This document shows positions 1 to 11,307 of a DNA stretch of 64,000 nucleotides, one piece after another. Made by a program: the position numbers and the translations under genes. Numbering within the stretch: the first letter of the stretch is position 1; every line of letters begins with the position of its first letter. A model generated the notes under the pieces. It was not told the DNA's origin. It saw only the letters and a list, made by a program, of their open reading frames with translations, and searched no databases. Source of the DNA: Escherichia coli (GTDB taxonomy: Bacteria > Pseudomonadota > Gammaproteobacteria > Enterobacterales > Enterobacteriaceae); assembly GCF_044647545.1 (NCBI RefSeq), contig NZ_CP172818.1, one strand, 5' to 3'.

Positions 1-1093
1 GCTGTTAGGGATTCTGATGTTGCTATCGTGGTTCCTGGCCGCGCATATCCGTCGGCAAATGATGGGCATGGAGCCAAAGCAAATCGCACGCGTGGTCCGT
101 CAGCAAGAGGCGCTGTTTAGTTCGGTTTATGAAGGGCTCATTGCGGTGGATCCGCATGGTTACATTACCGCCATCAATCGTAACGCAAGAAAGATGCTGG
201 GTCTGAGTTCCCCCGGACGGCAATGGTTGGGTAAACCCATTGCTGAAGTGGTCAGGCCCGCCGATTTCTTTACCGAACAGATTGATGAAAAACGTCAGGA
301 TGTGGTGGCGAACTTTAACGGTCTGAGCGTTATTGCCAATCGGGAAGCTATTCGTTCAGGTGATGATTTGCTGGGGGCCATTATCAGCTTTCGTAGTAAA
401 GACGAAATTTCCACCCTCAATGCACAACTGACGCAAATTAAACAATACGTCGAGAGCCTGCGCACATTGCGACACGAGCATCTCAATTGGATGTCGACGC
501 TCAATGGTCTGTTGCAGATGAAAGAGTATGATCGCGTGTTGGCGATGGTGCAGGGGGAGTCTCAGGCCCAGCAACAGCTTATTGATAGCCTGCGCGAGGC
601 GTTTGCCGATCGCCAGGTGGCGGGGCTGCTTTTTGGTAAAGTGCAGCGCGCCCGCGAACTGGGGCTAAAAATGGTCATCGTCCCCGGAAGTCAGCTTTCG
701 CAACTGCCGCCAGGACTGGACAGCACCGAGTTTGCCGCCATTGTTGGCAATTTACTTGATAACGCCTTCGAAGCCAGCCTGCGTAGCGATGAAGGAAACA
801 AGATCGTTGAATTATTCCTCAGCGATGAAGGCGATGATGTGGTGATTGAAGTCGCCGATCAGGGCTGCGGCGTTCCAGAGTCTCTACGAGACAAAATATT
901 TGAGCAGGGTGTCAGTACGCGTGCTGACGAGCCCGGCGAACATGGCATTGGGTTGTACTTGATTGCCAGTTACGTAACGCGCTGCGGTGGTGTTATCACT
1001 CTCGAAGATAATGATCCCTGCGGTACCTTATTTTCAATCTATATTCCGAAAGTGAAACCTAATGACAGCTCCATTAACCCTATTGATCGTTGA
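1..1093 (+). CDS. dpiB: Sensor histidine kinase DpiB (CitA), C-terminal part; reading frame is open to the window start, so the gene is 5'-truncated
   Basis: ORF 17..1093 in frame back to position 2; translation carries a histidine-kinase/ATPase-like C-terminus (DNAFEAS, DQGCGVP, GIGLYL) and matches my memory of DpiB; overlaps the downstream response regulator. Confidence 0.85.
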   Translation, partial: LLGILMLLSWFLAAHIRRQMMGMEPKQIARVVRQQEALFSSVYEGLIAVDPHGYITAINRNARKMLGLSSPGRQWLGKPIAEVVRPADFFTEQIDEKRQDVVANFNGLSVIANREAIRSGDDLLGAIISFRSKDEISTLNAQLTQIKQYVESLRTLRHEHLNWMSTLNGLLQMKEYDRVLAMVQGESQAQQQLIDSLREAFADRQVAGLLFGKVQRARELGLKMVIVPGSQLSQLPPGLDSTEFAAIVGNLLDNAFEASLRSDEGNKIVELFLSDEGDDVVIEVADQGCGVPESLRDKIFEQGVSTRADEPGEHGIGLYLIASYVTRCGGVITLEDNDPCGTLFSIYIPKVKPNDSSINPIDR

Positions 1094-1742
1094 GGACGAA
1101 ACGCCGCTGGCAGAGATGCATGCGGAATATATTCGTCACATTCCCGGATTCAGTCAGATATTACTGGCGGGAAACCTGGCGCAGGCCCGAATGATGATCG
1201 AGCGTTTTAAGCCGGGGCTAATCTTGCTCGATAACTATCTTCCTGACGGTAGAGGGATTAATTTACTGCATGAACTGGTGCAGGCGCATTATCCCGGCGA
1301 CGTGGTGTTTACCACTGCAGCCAGCGATATGGAAACGGTGTCTGAAGCCGTACGTTGTGGTGTATTTGATTATCTCATTAAGCCCATTGCCTATGAACGG
1401 CTGGGGCAAACGCTAACCCGTTTCCGCCAGCGTAAACATATGCTGGAAAGTATTGATAGCGCCAGCCAGAAGCAAATCGATGAGATGTTTAATGCCTATG
1501 CTCGCGGTGAACCCAAAGACGAACTGCCGACCGGCATTGACCCCTTGACGCTAAACGCGGTGCGAAAACTGTTTAAAGAGCCTGGTGTCCAACATACGGC
1601 AGAAACGGTGGCGCAGGCACTGACCATCAGTCGCACCACTGCCAGGCGTTATCTTGAATATTGCGCCAGCCGCCATCTGATTATTGCTGAAATTGTTCAC
1701 GGCAAAGTTGGCAGACCGCAACGCATATACCACAGTGGGTGA
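1062..1742 (+). CDS. dpiA: Two-component response regulator DpiA (CitB), 226 aa
   Basis: ORF with receiver domain (LIVEDE..D) and C-terminal HTH; start overlaps dpiB by 32 nt. Confidence 0.9.
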   Translation: MTAPLTLLIVEDETPLAEMHAEYIRHIPGFSQILLAGNLAQARMMIERFKPGLILLDNYLPDGRGINLLHELVQAHYPGDVVFTTAASDMETVSEAVRCGVFDYLIKPIAYERLGQTLTRFRQRKHMLESIDSASQKQIDEMFNAYARGEPKDELPTGIDPLTLNAVRKLFKEPGVQHTAETVAQALTISRTTARRYLEYCASRHLIIAEIVHGKVGRPQRIYHSG

Positions 1743-1782
1743 CATGATAAAGCCGGAGGAAGCTTGCCTCCGGCATGACTAT

Positions 1783-3168
1783 TTACTTGCCTGTGACCGC
1801 GGCTGCCGTTCCTGGCACCATCAGCTCTGTAGCAACGATAACAATCACCAGCCCAACAAGCACCGGTACCGAGGTGCGTTTTACGACTTCAAATGGTGAG
1901 ATTTTCGCCATCCCGGCAACCGCAACGACTACGCCAGAAACGGGTGACAGGGTACGACCGAGGTTTGACGCCTGCAGCATTGGGATAGTCAAATACGCCG
2001 GGTTAATGCCGGAAGAGTGCGCCAGTTTCGGGATCATCTCAACAAACGCATAAAACGGCGCATTGCCTGAACCGGTCGTGACTGCCGCCAGCATTGTCAG
2101 GATCACTAATACCAGCATCAGGATGATACTCGCCGAACCAAACGAGGTGGCGATAGAAATCAGACTTTGAATAAAGCCGATGGTGCTAAGCCCCTGAGCG
2201 AATACCCCAGCGGCAACCAGCAGCATCACCACGTTAGCAAACGCATCGGCCATCCCGCGATAAGCCACTTCCAGACCAGAGAAAACTTTCTGGGTATTAA
2301 AGCTGCGGATGAACTCCAGAATGGAGGCAATCAGCATACAAATCACCAGAATAGTGATGATGTGTAATTGCGGACCCCATTTGCCGTCAAAAATCAGCAC
2401 TCCGATGATCGGCGTGAACGGCAAAATGGCATAAAACGCAGGAGCAGTAGTGGTGATTTCACTGACATCTAACATTTCATGAGAGATATGCTCTTTTTTA
2501 TCCAGATAACGTTGCCAGAAGAAGTGGGCGATCGCCATGCCGATAATTGCAGCAATTGAGATAGGCAGCGTCGTTTTGAAGGCGAAGTCAATCAGCGACA
2601 TTTCGGAAGCCTGCGCCGCCAGCACCACATCCCCTGAAGTCGGTGCGAGAATAATCGCCGCCGGGGAGGCACAAATAGCAGCAGCTGCACCACGGCTGAT
2701 ACCAACGTTTACCATCACCGGAAACAGGGTTGCCATCAGCAAAACACCCAGACCGGTTGCGGAAGAGACGGCCAGAGACATCAGACAGGCGACAAAATAG
2801 GCGGCAATCATCAGCAGGTAAGGGGAGTTAATATACTGCAATGGTTTTGACGCCAGCTTGACCACCATATCATTCGCGCCGATATGGGTCATGTAAGCGG
2901 CAAAGCCACACAGCATCATAATCATCATGCCGAGGTCGCCGCCGCGGCTCATTAGCAATATTTTAACGTATTCAACGATATCCGTGGCGCTGTAGCCTGT
3001 TGAAGCCTGGCTGGACGGTAACACTTTGTGCCCCATAATGGCACTGATAATCAGCAATAACAGGCCACCGACAAATAACACGCCAGTGGCGGAATACCCT
3101 TTAATGATGTAGCGAGCTACACCCACAATAACCATAACCCCAATAAGGAGTTCAATGAATGTCAGCAT
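1783..3168 (-). CDS. dcuC: Anaerobic C4-dicarboxylate transporter DcuC, 461 aa
   Basis: Long polytopic membrane ORF recognised as DcuC; position after dpiA as in E. coli. Confidence 0.9.
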   Translation of the reverse strand: MLTFIELLIGVMVIVGVARYIIKGYSATGVLFVGGLLLLIISAIMGHKVLPSSQASTGYSATDIVEYVKILLMSRGGDLGMMIMMLCGFAAYMTHIGANDMVVKLASKPLQYINSPYLLMIAAYFVACLMSLAVSSATGLGVLLMATLFPVMVNVGISRGAAAAICASPAAIILAPTSGDVVLAAQASEMSLIDFAFKTTLPISIAAIIGMAIAHFFWQRYLDKKEHISHEMLDVSEITTTAPAFYAILPFTPIIGVLIFDGKWGPQLHIITILVICMLIASILEFIRSFNTQKVFSGLEVAYRGMADAFANVVMLLVAAGVFAQGLSTIGFIQSLISIATSFGSASIILMLVLVILTMLAAVTTGSGNAPFYAFVEMIPKLAHSSGINPAYLTIPMLQASNLGRTLSPVSGVVVAVAGMAKISPFEVVKRTSVPVLVGLVIVIVATELMVPGTAAAVTGK

Positions 3169-3756
3169 AATTTTTCCTGTCTCCAGGCCCCAAAGTAAAT
3201 AATAAAAAATTCCTAAAAATTAAGGAAAAAATATGCCCAATAAATTGGCGGTGAATGCTGATTAAAATCAAGAAAAACTGCCATTAAGACATTGAAGTTG
3301 CTGTTTTTATACGTAGATAACAAAACGCATATTTAGCGGTTGGCAAATATCACATAATAATGTGTGTAAATTGATGGTGGATTGATGCAAATTTGTTAAT
3401 TGCAATGGTGTTAGCTGCGGCCATGCGCTCAAAAAATAATCTAATATGAGCATGGGTTGACGATATATATTATATACTTCGTTAAGATGATTGTTGTATC
3501 TCGTTAAAAAATAAAATAATTTTTCCTTGATTGCATTTTGTCATCAAAAAAGACTTGGTTTTTCTTTTTTGACTATTCCCATCGCAGAAAACGACGCATC
3601 ATCTTTAATCGATGCGCGGAAATATTTAACTTAAACAAGCGGAAATAAATAGAGCAGCTATTCAGATTATTTTTTATGTTGGGGCTATTAAGGTTATGTT
3701 AATTGTAGCTTTGCTATGCTAGTAGTAGATTTTTGATAAATGTTTAATGGTCACAA

Positions 3757-4317
3757 ATGAACGTGAGTAAATATGTCGCTATATTTTTCTTTGTTTTTAT
3801 TCAGTTAATCAGTGTTGGTAAAGTTTTTGCTAACGCTGATGAGTGGATGACAACGTTTAGAGAAAATATTGCACAAACCTGGCAACAGCCAGAACATTAT
3901 GATTTATATATTCCTGCCATCACCTGGCATGCGCGTTTTGCCTATGACAAAGAAAAAACCGATCGCTATAACGAGCGACCGTGGGGCGGCGGTTTTGGTC
4001 AGTCGCGTTGGGATGAAAAAGGAAACTGGCATGGCCTGTATGCCATGGCATTTAAGGACTCGTGGAACAAATGGGAACCGATTGCCGGATACGGATGGGA
4101 AAGTACCTGGCGACCGCTGGCGGATGAAAATTTTCATTTAGGCCTGGGATTTACCGCTGGCGTAACGGCGCGCGATAACTGGAATTACATCCCTCTTCCG
4201 GTTCTACTGCCATTGGCCTCTGTGGGGTATGGCCCCGCGACGTTTCAGATGACCTACATTCCGGGTACCTACAACAATGGCAATGTGTACTTTGCCTGGA
4301 TGCGCTTTCAGTTTTGA
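3757..4317 (+). CDS. pagP: Lipid A palmitoyltransferase PagP (CrcA), 186 aa outer-membrane beta-barrel
   Basis: ORF with N-terminal signal peptide, recognised as PagP; preceded by a long AT-rich intergenic region. Confidence 0.9.
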   Translation: MNVSKYVAIFFFVFIQLISVGKVFANADEWMTTFRENIAQTWQQPEHYDLYIPAITWHARFAYDKEKTDRYNERPWGGGFGQSRWDEKGNWHGLYAMAFKDSWNKWEPIAGYGWESTWRPLADENFHLGLGFTAGVTARDNWNYIPLPVLLPLASVGYGPATFQMTYIPGTYNNGNVYFAWMRFQF

Positions 4318-4491
4318 GACAAATGAAGTTTTAGTAAATTCTTTAAAATCAACCACTAAAATAATTAACATCAAAAATAACGCGACTTTTATCACTTTTT
4401 AGTAAAGTTGCACTGGACAAAGCGTACCACAATTGGTGTACTGGTAACCGACACAGCATTTGTGTCTATTTTTCATGTAAAGGTAATTTTG

Positions 4492-4701
4492 ATGTCTAAG
4501 ATTAAAGGTAACGTTAAGTGGTTTAATGAGTCCAAAGGATTCGGTTTCATTACTCCGGAAGACGGCAGCAAAGACGTGTTCGTACACTTCTCTGCAATCC
4601 AGACTAATGGTTTTAAAACTCTTGCTGAAGGTCAGCGCGTAGAGTTCGAAATCACTAACGGTGCCAAAGGCCCTTCTGCTGCAAACGTAATCGCTCTGTA
4701 A
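4492..4701 (+). CDS. cspE: Cold-shock-like protein CspE, 69 aa
   Basis: Internal ATG of ORF 4408..4701 gives [20 protein letters not shown]..., the CspE sequence with RNP motifs; long 5' leader. Confidence 0.95.
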
Positions 4702-4721
4702 GATACGTCAGCAAGAATTCA

Positions 4722-4750
4722 AAACCCGCTTAATCAGCGGGTTTTTTTTG
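4722..4750 (+). terminator. Rho-independent terminator after cspE
   Basis: Hairpin aaaacccgct-taatc-agcgggtttttttt directly after the cspE stop. Confidence 0.75.
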
Positions 4751-4754
4751 GTCT

Positions 4755-5138
4755 TTAGTGTGCGGTTGAGGCGGAAAACAGCCAGAAAGCCAGTGCGGTC
4801 ATGGCAAAAGACCCCAGAAGGTTGACGAAAACGTTCAGTAACGCCCAGCCAAAGCGGCCCTCTTGTAACAAAAACACCACTTCTGCCGAAAATGTTGAGA
4901 AGGTTGTTAGACCGCCACAAAATCCGGTGGTGATTAATACTTTCCACACTGGATCAATGTTCGTCATCCTGCTAAACCAGGCGAATCCCATTCCTATGAT
5001 GAATGCCCCAATCAGGTTTGCAGCCAGCGTCCCCAACGGAATCGCCTGATGCAGCGGGTTAAATCGCATACTTAACAGCCATCTCGCCACGCTTCCCGTA
5101 CCACCGCCTATAAAAACTGCTAAAAGAAGTTGTAACAC
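4755..5138 (-). CDS. crcB: Fluoride channel CrcB/FluC, 127 aa
   Basis: Small four-TM membrane ORF recognised as CrcB. Confidence 0.9.
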
Positions 5139-5227
5139 TGCAAAATCCTGCTATTTGATTTGTATGAGTGATAAGTGTAACGCCGAATAATCGCCGTTGG
5201 CGAATTTTACGACTCTGACAGGAGGAG

Positions 5228-6022
5228 GTGGCAATGCTGGTTGCCGCAGGACAGTTTGCTGTTACATCTGTGTGGGAAAAGAACGCTGAGATTTGTGCCT
5301 CGTTGATGGCGCAGGCGGCGGAAAACGACGTTTCGCTGTTTGTCCTGCCGGAAGCATTGTTGGCGCGTGATGATCATGATGCAGATCTATCGGTTAAATC
5401 AGCACAGCTGCTGGAAGGCGAATTCCTCGGACGTTTACGGCGAGAAAGTAAACGTAACATGATGACGACAATTCTGACGATTCATGTTCCTTCAACGCCG
5501 GGGCGCGCATGGAATATGCTGGTGGCGCTACAGGCAGGAAACATCGTCGCCCGTTATGCCAAACTGCATCTCTATGATGCATTTGCCATTCAGGAATCAC
5601 GCCATGTTGATGCTGGTAATGAAATAGCTCCATTACTGGAGGTGGAAGGGATGAAGGTCGGTCTGATGACCTGTTATGACTTACGCTTTCCAGAGCTGGC
5701 GCTGGCACAGGCATTACAGGGAGCTGAAATCCTGGTACTTCCTGCCGCCTGGGTTCGCGGGCCGCTCAAAGAGCATCACTGGTCAACGTTGCTTGCCGCT
5801 CGTGCGCTGGATACCACCTGTTATATGGTGGCGGCGGGGGAGTGCGGGAACAAAAATATCGGGCAAAGCCGGATTATAGATCCCTTTGGCGTCACCATTG
5901 CGGCAGCGTCAGAAATGCCTTCACTCATTATGGCGGAAGTGACGCCCGAACGTGTGCGTCAGGTGCGCGCGCAACTGCCCGTCTTAAACAACCGTCGCTT
6001 TGCGCCGCCGCAATTATTATGA
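5228..6022 (+). CDS. ybeM: C-N hydrolase (nitrilase-superfamily) protein, YbeM-like, 264 aa, intact here; true start may be the ATG at 5234
   Basis: Single uninterrupted frame containing the Glu (LFVLPE), Lys (AKLHLYD) and Cys ([10 protein letters not shown]) catalytic-triad contexts; AGGAGG immediately upstream. Confidence 0.75.
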   Translation: MAMLVAAGQFAVTSVWEKNAEICASLMAQAAENDVSLFVLPEALLARDDHDADLSVKSAQLLEGEFLGRLRRESKRNMMTTILTIHVPSTPGRAWNMLVALQAGNIVARYAKLHLYDAFAIQESRHVDAGNEIAPLLEVEGMKVGLMTCYDLRFPELALAQALQGAEILVLPAAWVRGPLKEHHWSTLLAARALDTTCYMVAAGECGNKNIGQSRIIDPFGVTIAAASEMPSLIMAEVTPERVRQVRAQLPVLNNRRFAPPQLL

Positions 6023-6150
6023 TGTTTTTTTACTCGGCGCTTGATTCACCTTGTTACAGATTGCTATTGTGTGCGCGCGTCGAATGACCGTTAATATTCT
6101 CTGGTTTTTAAGGCGCGTTCTGTTGCCGGTTATATGTCAAGAAGGTATCT

Positions 6151-6354
6151 ATGGGTGAGATTAGTATTACCAAACTGCTGGTAGTTGCGGCGCTGGTCGT
6201 TCTGCTGTTTGGGACTAAGAAGTTACGTACGCTGGGCGGAGACCTTGGAGCGGCCATTAAAGGGTTCAAGAAGGCGATGAATGATGACGATGCTGCGGCG
6301 AAAAAAGGCGCAGACGTTGATCTTCAGGCTGAAAAGCTCTCTCATAAAGAGTGA
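6151..6354 (+). CDS. tatE: Twin-arginine translocase subunit TatE, 67 aa
   Basis: Small ORF with N-terminal TM helix and charged tail, recognised as TatE. Confidence 0.9.
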   Translation: MGEISITKLLVVAALVVLLFGTKKLRTLGGDLGAAIKGFKKAMNDDDAAAKKGADVDLQAEKLSHKE

Positions 6355-6393
6355 CGTGGCGAGCAGGACGCTCCCTCAATATCTTGTTCGATA

Positions 6394-6426
6394 CAAAAAA
6401 CCCGCTTCAAAAAGCGGGTTTTTTAT
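6394..6426. terminator. Bidirectional intrinsic terminator between convergent tatE and lipA
   Basis: Hairpin cccgctt-caaaa-aagcggg flanked by an A-run on one side and a T-run on the other. Confidence 0.7.
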
Positions 6427-6454
6427 CAGACAGATGTAAGTAATTATTACAGGA

Positions 6455-7420
6455 TTACTTAACTTCCATCCCTTTCGCCTGCAAATCGGCGTGGTAAGAC
6501 GAGCGGACAAACGGACCGCATGCAGCATGGGTAAAGCCCATCGCCAGCGCTTCGGCTTTCATTTCGTCGAACTCATCCGGGCTAACGTAACGTTGAACCG
6601 GCAGGTGATGGCGGCTTGGCTGCAAATATTGCCCCAGCGTTAACATCGTCACACCATGACGGCGCAGGTCGCGCATTACCTCAATAATTTCTTCATTGGT
6701 TTCACCCAGACCCACCATCAGACCAGACTTGGTCGGGATTTCCGGATGCGCTTCTTTAAAGCGTTCCAGCAGCTTCAGCGACCAGTTGTAATCTGCACCA
6801 GGCCGTACCTGACGGTAAATACGCGGTACGTTTTCCAGGTTATGGTTGAACACATCTGGTGGTGTGGCGGTCAGAATATCCAGAGCACGATCCATACGAC
6901 CGCGGAAATCAGGCACCAGAGTTTCAATTTTGATTTGCGGGCTTTTTTCCCGAATGGCAGTAATGCAATCCGCAAAGTGCTGGGCACCGCCATCGCGCAG
7001 GTCATCACGGTCAACGGAGGTGATAACCACATAACGCAGCGCCATATCGGCAATGGTTTGCGCCAGTTTCACTGGTTCATTGGCATCCGGAGCTACCGGG
7101 CGACCGTGGGCAACGTCACAGAACGGACAACGGCGGGTACAAATAGCGCCGAGGATCATAAACGTTGCTGTGCCGTGGTTGAAGCATTCCGCCAGGTTAG
7201 GGCAGGAGGCTTCCTCGCAGACAGAATGCAGGCCATTTTTGCGCATTGCGGCTTTGATGCCCTGGATACGTGTAGAGTCCGCTGGAAGCTTGATTTTCAT
7301 CCATTCCGGCTTGCGCAGCAGGGCTTCGCGCTCTGTTGCCACGTTTTTAACCGGGATAAGGGCCATCTTATCGGCATCGCGGTATTTAACACCGCGTTCC
7401 ATCACAATGGGTTTACTCAT
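6455..7420 (-). CDS. lipA: Lipoyl synthase LipA, 321 aa
   Basis: Radical-SAM CxxxCxxC (CTRRCPFC) plus second cysteine cluster; recognised as LipA. Confidence 0.95.
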
Positions 7421-7628
7421 AGCGTGCGTGTTCCAGTTGCGAATTACGAAGGAAAGCGTTTCAATTCAATAGATTGTTGTAATTATCAACTATTTTTGAA
7501 TTAACGACTGGCAGTATATCATTGAAACGGACCTGAAAGCAGCCAAAGCGGTCGCGAAAATGTAAAATTGTTGTTGGATTGTGCCATTTTTTCGTTCTTC
7601 GCTGTGATCTGGCTGTAACAATACTTTT

Positions 7629-8582
7629 TCAAAATGCATTACGGATAACATCTATTACCCCGTGCAGGATGGGATCACGCAGGCTGAATTTGTTGTAGTG
7701 GATAGAGAAATCTATTTGCTCCTCATTTAAGGACGGAAAAGGCAGTTTTTCCAGCGGCCAGCAACGGCTAAACAGGTTATAAAAACGGCTGGGAATAATC
7801 GCTAACATGTCACTGTTGGCAACCAGTGCAGCGATTGTCAAAATGTTGTAGCTGGTGAAACTGATTTGCCGGTCCGGAAACATCTCTTGAACTCTCTGCC
7901 GCAGACCGCTGAAATTTTGCCCTTCCGGTAACAGGAGTATATGCGCAGCGTTGTCGATAGTCTCTCTGTCATCTTCTAAAGAGAGTAGTGGATTTCCCTC
8001 ACGGCAAATTAACACCATATTGTCGGTGAACAGAACATGATGTTGCACCGTACGATTGGTGCAAAACATGTTATCGATGATGAGATCGGTTTGAAACTGA
8101 CTGAGTTGGTTTTCCGCGTCGCTGATGGGGGGGTTGCGCAGTAAAAGCTGCGGATAGTGAGATTTAATCGCCCGATAGATGACAGGAAGGACCAGGGCTC
8201 CGACCGAGGGGGTGGTCGCAATAGTTATCGTTCGTTGCTTATCATAGCTTCCTTCGATATCCAGCGCGCCAAGAATGGACTCAAGGCCCTGACTGATATA
8301 CTCATGTAGATGCATCGCAAATGCGGTAGGAGTGACACCCTGGCCTTTGCGAATAAACAATGGGTCAGGGAATATAACGCGCAGTTTCTGAATAGACTGA
8401 CTGATTGCCGAGGGTGTCAGATTAAGCACTTTCGCTGCATTAACGATCCCTTTATGTACATATACAGCTTCAAAAATAGTCAGAAGGTTAAGATCAATAT
8501 TTCGTAAGGTTGTAAATATTTGTGGTTTACCTTCTGACGACTTTCTGCTTAAACAGGTTTCAATTTGATTATTACTATCCAC
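7629..8582 (-). CDS. ybeF: LysR-family transcriptional regulator YbeF, 317 aa
   Basis: N-terminal HTH (LNLLTIFEAVYVHKGIVNAAKVLNLTPSAISQSIQKLR) with LysR substrate-binding-like C-terminus. Confidence 0.85.
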   Translation of the reverse strand: MDSNNQIETCLSRKSSEGKPQIFTTLRNIDLNLLTIFEAVYVHKGIVNAAKVLNLTPSAISQSIQKLRVIFPDPLFIRKGQGVTPTAFAMHLHEYISQGLESILGALDIEGSYDKQRTITIATTPSVGALVLPVIYRAIKSHYPQLLLRNPPISDAENQLSQFQTDLIIDNMFCTNRTVQHHVLFTDNMVLICREGNPLLSLEDDRETIDNAAHILLLPEGQNFSGLRQRVQEMFPDRQISFTSYNILTIAALVANSDMLAIIPSRFYNLFSRCWPLEKLPFPSLNEEQIDFSIHYNKFSLRDPILHGVIDVIRNAF

Positions 8583-8841
8583 GCACTTACTCCAATTTTA
8601 TTCATGGAAAAATAATATTAAAAAAAATTACAATAATCTTATGTCTAATTGGAACGGAACGCTTTTGCTCACCATAATCAACTATTTCAATAAGTTAATC
8701 AATGGGGTGAGTTACGGAGCAAGGCGTAGCATCGCATTTCTGCTAGTGATAAAGAAAATATACAAACGCGAAGGAGATGTAAAGCATTAGCAGGTATTAT
8801 GAGTAATGACCCAGTGTAAATTGGGCCATTGATGTATGCAA

Positions 8842-9483
8842 TTAAGCGGTAATATATTCGAAGTCAGGATTGTTTAGTAGCGCTAAAATATTTTCCAGTA
8901 AACGCGGTGCAATATTATTAGTCGTCGCTTCGGGTTTCCATTGTGATATTTTAGCCATTTCCATTCCGGCATACCCACAAGGATTAATACGTAAAAATGG
9001 TGAAAGATCCATATTGACGTTTAATGCCAGACCGTGGAATGAACAACCGCGTCGAATACGTAAACCCAGTGAGCAAATTTTCTTTTCCCCGACATAGACA
9101 CCAGGCGCGTCAGCCCGAGGATGCGCTTCTATACCCAGTTCAGCCAGGGTATTCACCACTGTTTGCTCAAGCAAGGTTACCAGTTCACGCACACCGAGTT
9201 TACGGCGTTTCAGGTTAAGCAACACATACATCACCTGTTGCCCCGGCCCGTGATAAGTCACCTGCCCACCGCGATCGCTCTTAATCACCGGAATATCACC
9301 CGGCATTAAAATGTGCTCCGCTTTTCCTGCCTGCCCTTGGGTAAATACCGGATAGTGCTCGACCAGCCAGATTTCATCAAGGGTACTTTCATCGCGGGTA
9401 TCGGTGAATTCATGCATAGCCTGGGAGATTGGCTCGTAAGGCTGAAGACCGAGCTGGCGGACAAGAATTTTATCCTGATACAA
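8842..9483 (-). CDS. lipB: Octanoyltransferase LipB, 213 aa
   Basis: Recognised as LipB; lies in the conserved lipB-ybeD-dacA arrangement. Confidence 0.9.
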   Translation of the reverse strand: MYQDKILVRQLGLQPYEPISQAMHEFTDTRDESTLDEIWLVEHYPVFTQGQAGKAEHILMPGDIPVIKSDRGGQVTYHGPGQQVMYVLLNLKRRKLGVRELVTLLEQTVVNTLAELGIEAHPRADAPGVYVGEKKICSLGLRIRRGCSFHGLALNVNMDLSPFLRINPCGYAGMEMAKISQWKPEATTNNIAPRLLENILALLNNPDFEYITA

Positions 9484-9583
9484 AACGGCATCTCCGTGGA
9501 GAATGAGTAAAAGTGGGGGAAAAGTATATCACAGCGAGGAGAGGGGAGTTACCCGACCAGGAGCCGGGTAACGGAGAAGCGAG

Positions 9584-9847
9584 TTACAGAACCATGCGGA
9601 CAATATCGATTTTGCCCAGTTCTTCATACAGTGTTTCAACCTGCTCGATATGAGTCGCGTTGATAGTGATAGATACCGAGTGGTAGTTGCCTTTGCTGCT
9701 TGGTTTTACCGTTGGGGTGTAGTCACCTGGCGCATGGCGCTGTACCACTTCAACCACCTGATCAACCAGCTCAGGTAACGCCTGCCCCATAACTTTGTAA
9801 GTAAAAGGAGTAGGGAATTCAAGCAGTTCGTTAAGTTTGGTTTTCAT
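9584..9847 (-). CDS. ybeD: UPF0250 protein YbeD, 87 aa
   Basis: Small conserved ORF between lipB and dacA recognised as YbeD. Confidence 0.85.
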
Positions 9848-9868
9848 GTCAGCTCCGGCGTAACGTAA

Positions 9869-9905
9869 TTAAATAGCAACTCCCGCCAGAAGGCGGGAGT
9901 TTTTT
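9869..9905. terminator. Hairpin with T-run between dacA and ybeD (likely dacA terminator or attenuating structure)
   Basis: ctcccgcc-agaa-ggcgggag followed by TTTTTT on the + strand; strand assignment ambiguous. Confidence 0.5.
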
Positions 9906-9956
9906 ACTGATGCTTAGTATATGGGGACGGAAATTACACTTTCAAGTGTTCGATTT

Positions 9957-11168
9957 TTAACCAAACCAGTGATGGAACATTAATTTAATGTAATCAATGA
10001 TTTTGCCGAAGAAGTTGCCTTCCGGGATTTCTTGCAGCACAACCAGCGGGCGTTGTTCGATCGTTTTGCCATCAAGCTGGAAGTTGATAGTACCGACGAC
10101 CTGATTCTTTTGCAGCGGCGCATGCAATTCACTGCTGTTCAGCACATAGCTGGCTTTCAGATCTTTCATGCGGCCACGCGGAATGGTCAGATACACGTCT
10201 TTATCAACACCTAACGAAGCGCGATCAGAATCACCAAACCAAACCGGTTCAGAGGCGAACTCTTTACCTACTTTCAGTGGGTTAACGGTTTCGAAGAAAC
10301 GGAAGCCCCAGGTTAGCAGTTTTTTACTTTCGGCTTCACGGCCTTTAAAAGTACGTCCGCCCATCACCGCAGAGATCAAGCGCATCTGGCCTTCAGTCGC
10401 AGAAGCAACAAGGTTGTAACCTGCTTTGTCAGTGTGTCCGGTTTTGATGCCGTCGACATTCAGGCTGTTATCCCATAACAGGCCGTTACGGTTCAGCTGG
10501 CGAATACCGTTAAACGTAAATTCTTTTTCTTTATAGATCGAGTATTCATTCGGTACGTCACGGATCAACGCCTGGCCGATCAGCGCCATATCTCGCGCGG
10601 AGCTGTACTGACCATCAGCATCCAGACCATGTACCGTCTGGAAGTGGGTATTTTTCAGGCCCAGGGCGTTAACGTAGCTGTTCATCAAGCCAACAAAAGC
10701 GTCCTGGCTACCAGCGGCAAAATCGGCCATGGCGACACAAGCATCGTTACCCGATTGCAGGTTAATACCGCGGATTAGCTGAGAAACCGGAACCTGCATG
10801 CCCGGTTTGAGGAACATCAGTGAAGAACCTTTAAACACCGGGTTACCGGTGGCCCATGCGTCGTTGCCGATAGTGACTAAATCAGTTTCTTTAAATTTAC
10901 CGGCTTTCATTGCCTGGCCGATAACGTAACTGGTCATCATTTTGGTCAGGCTGGCAGGATCGCGGCGGACATCTGCGTTCTGTTCGGCGAGCACTTTGCC
11001 GGAGTTATAGTCAATCAGGATGTAGGACTCCGCATCGATCTGCGGTACACCCGGGATCATAGTTTTGATATTCAGGTCATCGGCATGTGCAGCAGAGATA
11101 AAGGCTGTGCAAAGAGCCGTGGTGAGCGCCAGGCGCTTCATGATACGAGCGGAAAAAATGGTATTCAT
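9957..11168 (-). CDS. dacA: D-alanyl-D-alanine carboxypeptidase DacA (PBP5), 403 aa
   Basis: Signal peptide, SxxK (SLTK) active-site motif, C-terminal amphipathic anchor. Confidence 0.95.
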
Positions 11169-11307
11169 GGTCTGAACTACGACATCCGTGATGGAATTAA
11201 AAAAAGTGCCCTACTATAGCAAATGCACTACCGGCAGGCATCTGACTTTCCGCGTGACTTTGTTAACGTCATTTACAGAAATTGACACATCAGATGCCTG
11301 CTTTACG

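Noticed and set aside
5139-5227. Fluoride riboswitch upstream of crcB
   Set aside because: I could not recognise the conserved crcB-motif pseudoknot sequence in this short leader, and I do not recall E. coli crcB carrying one; not supported.
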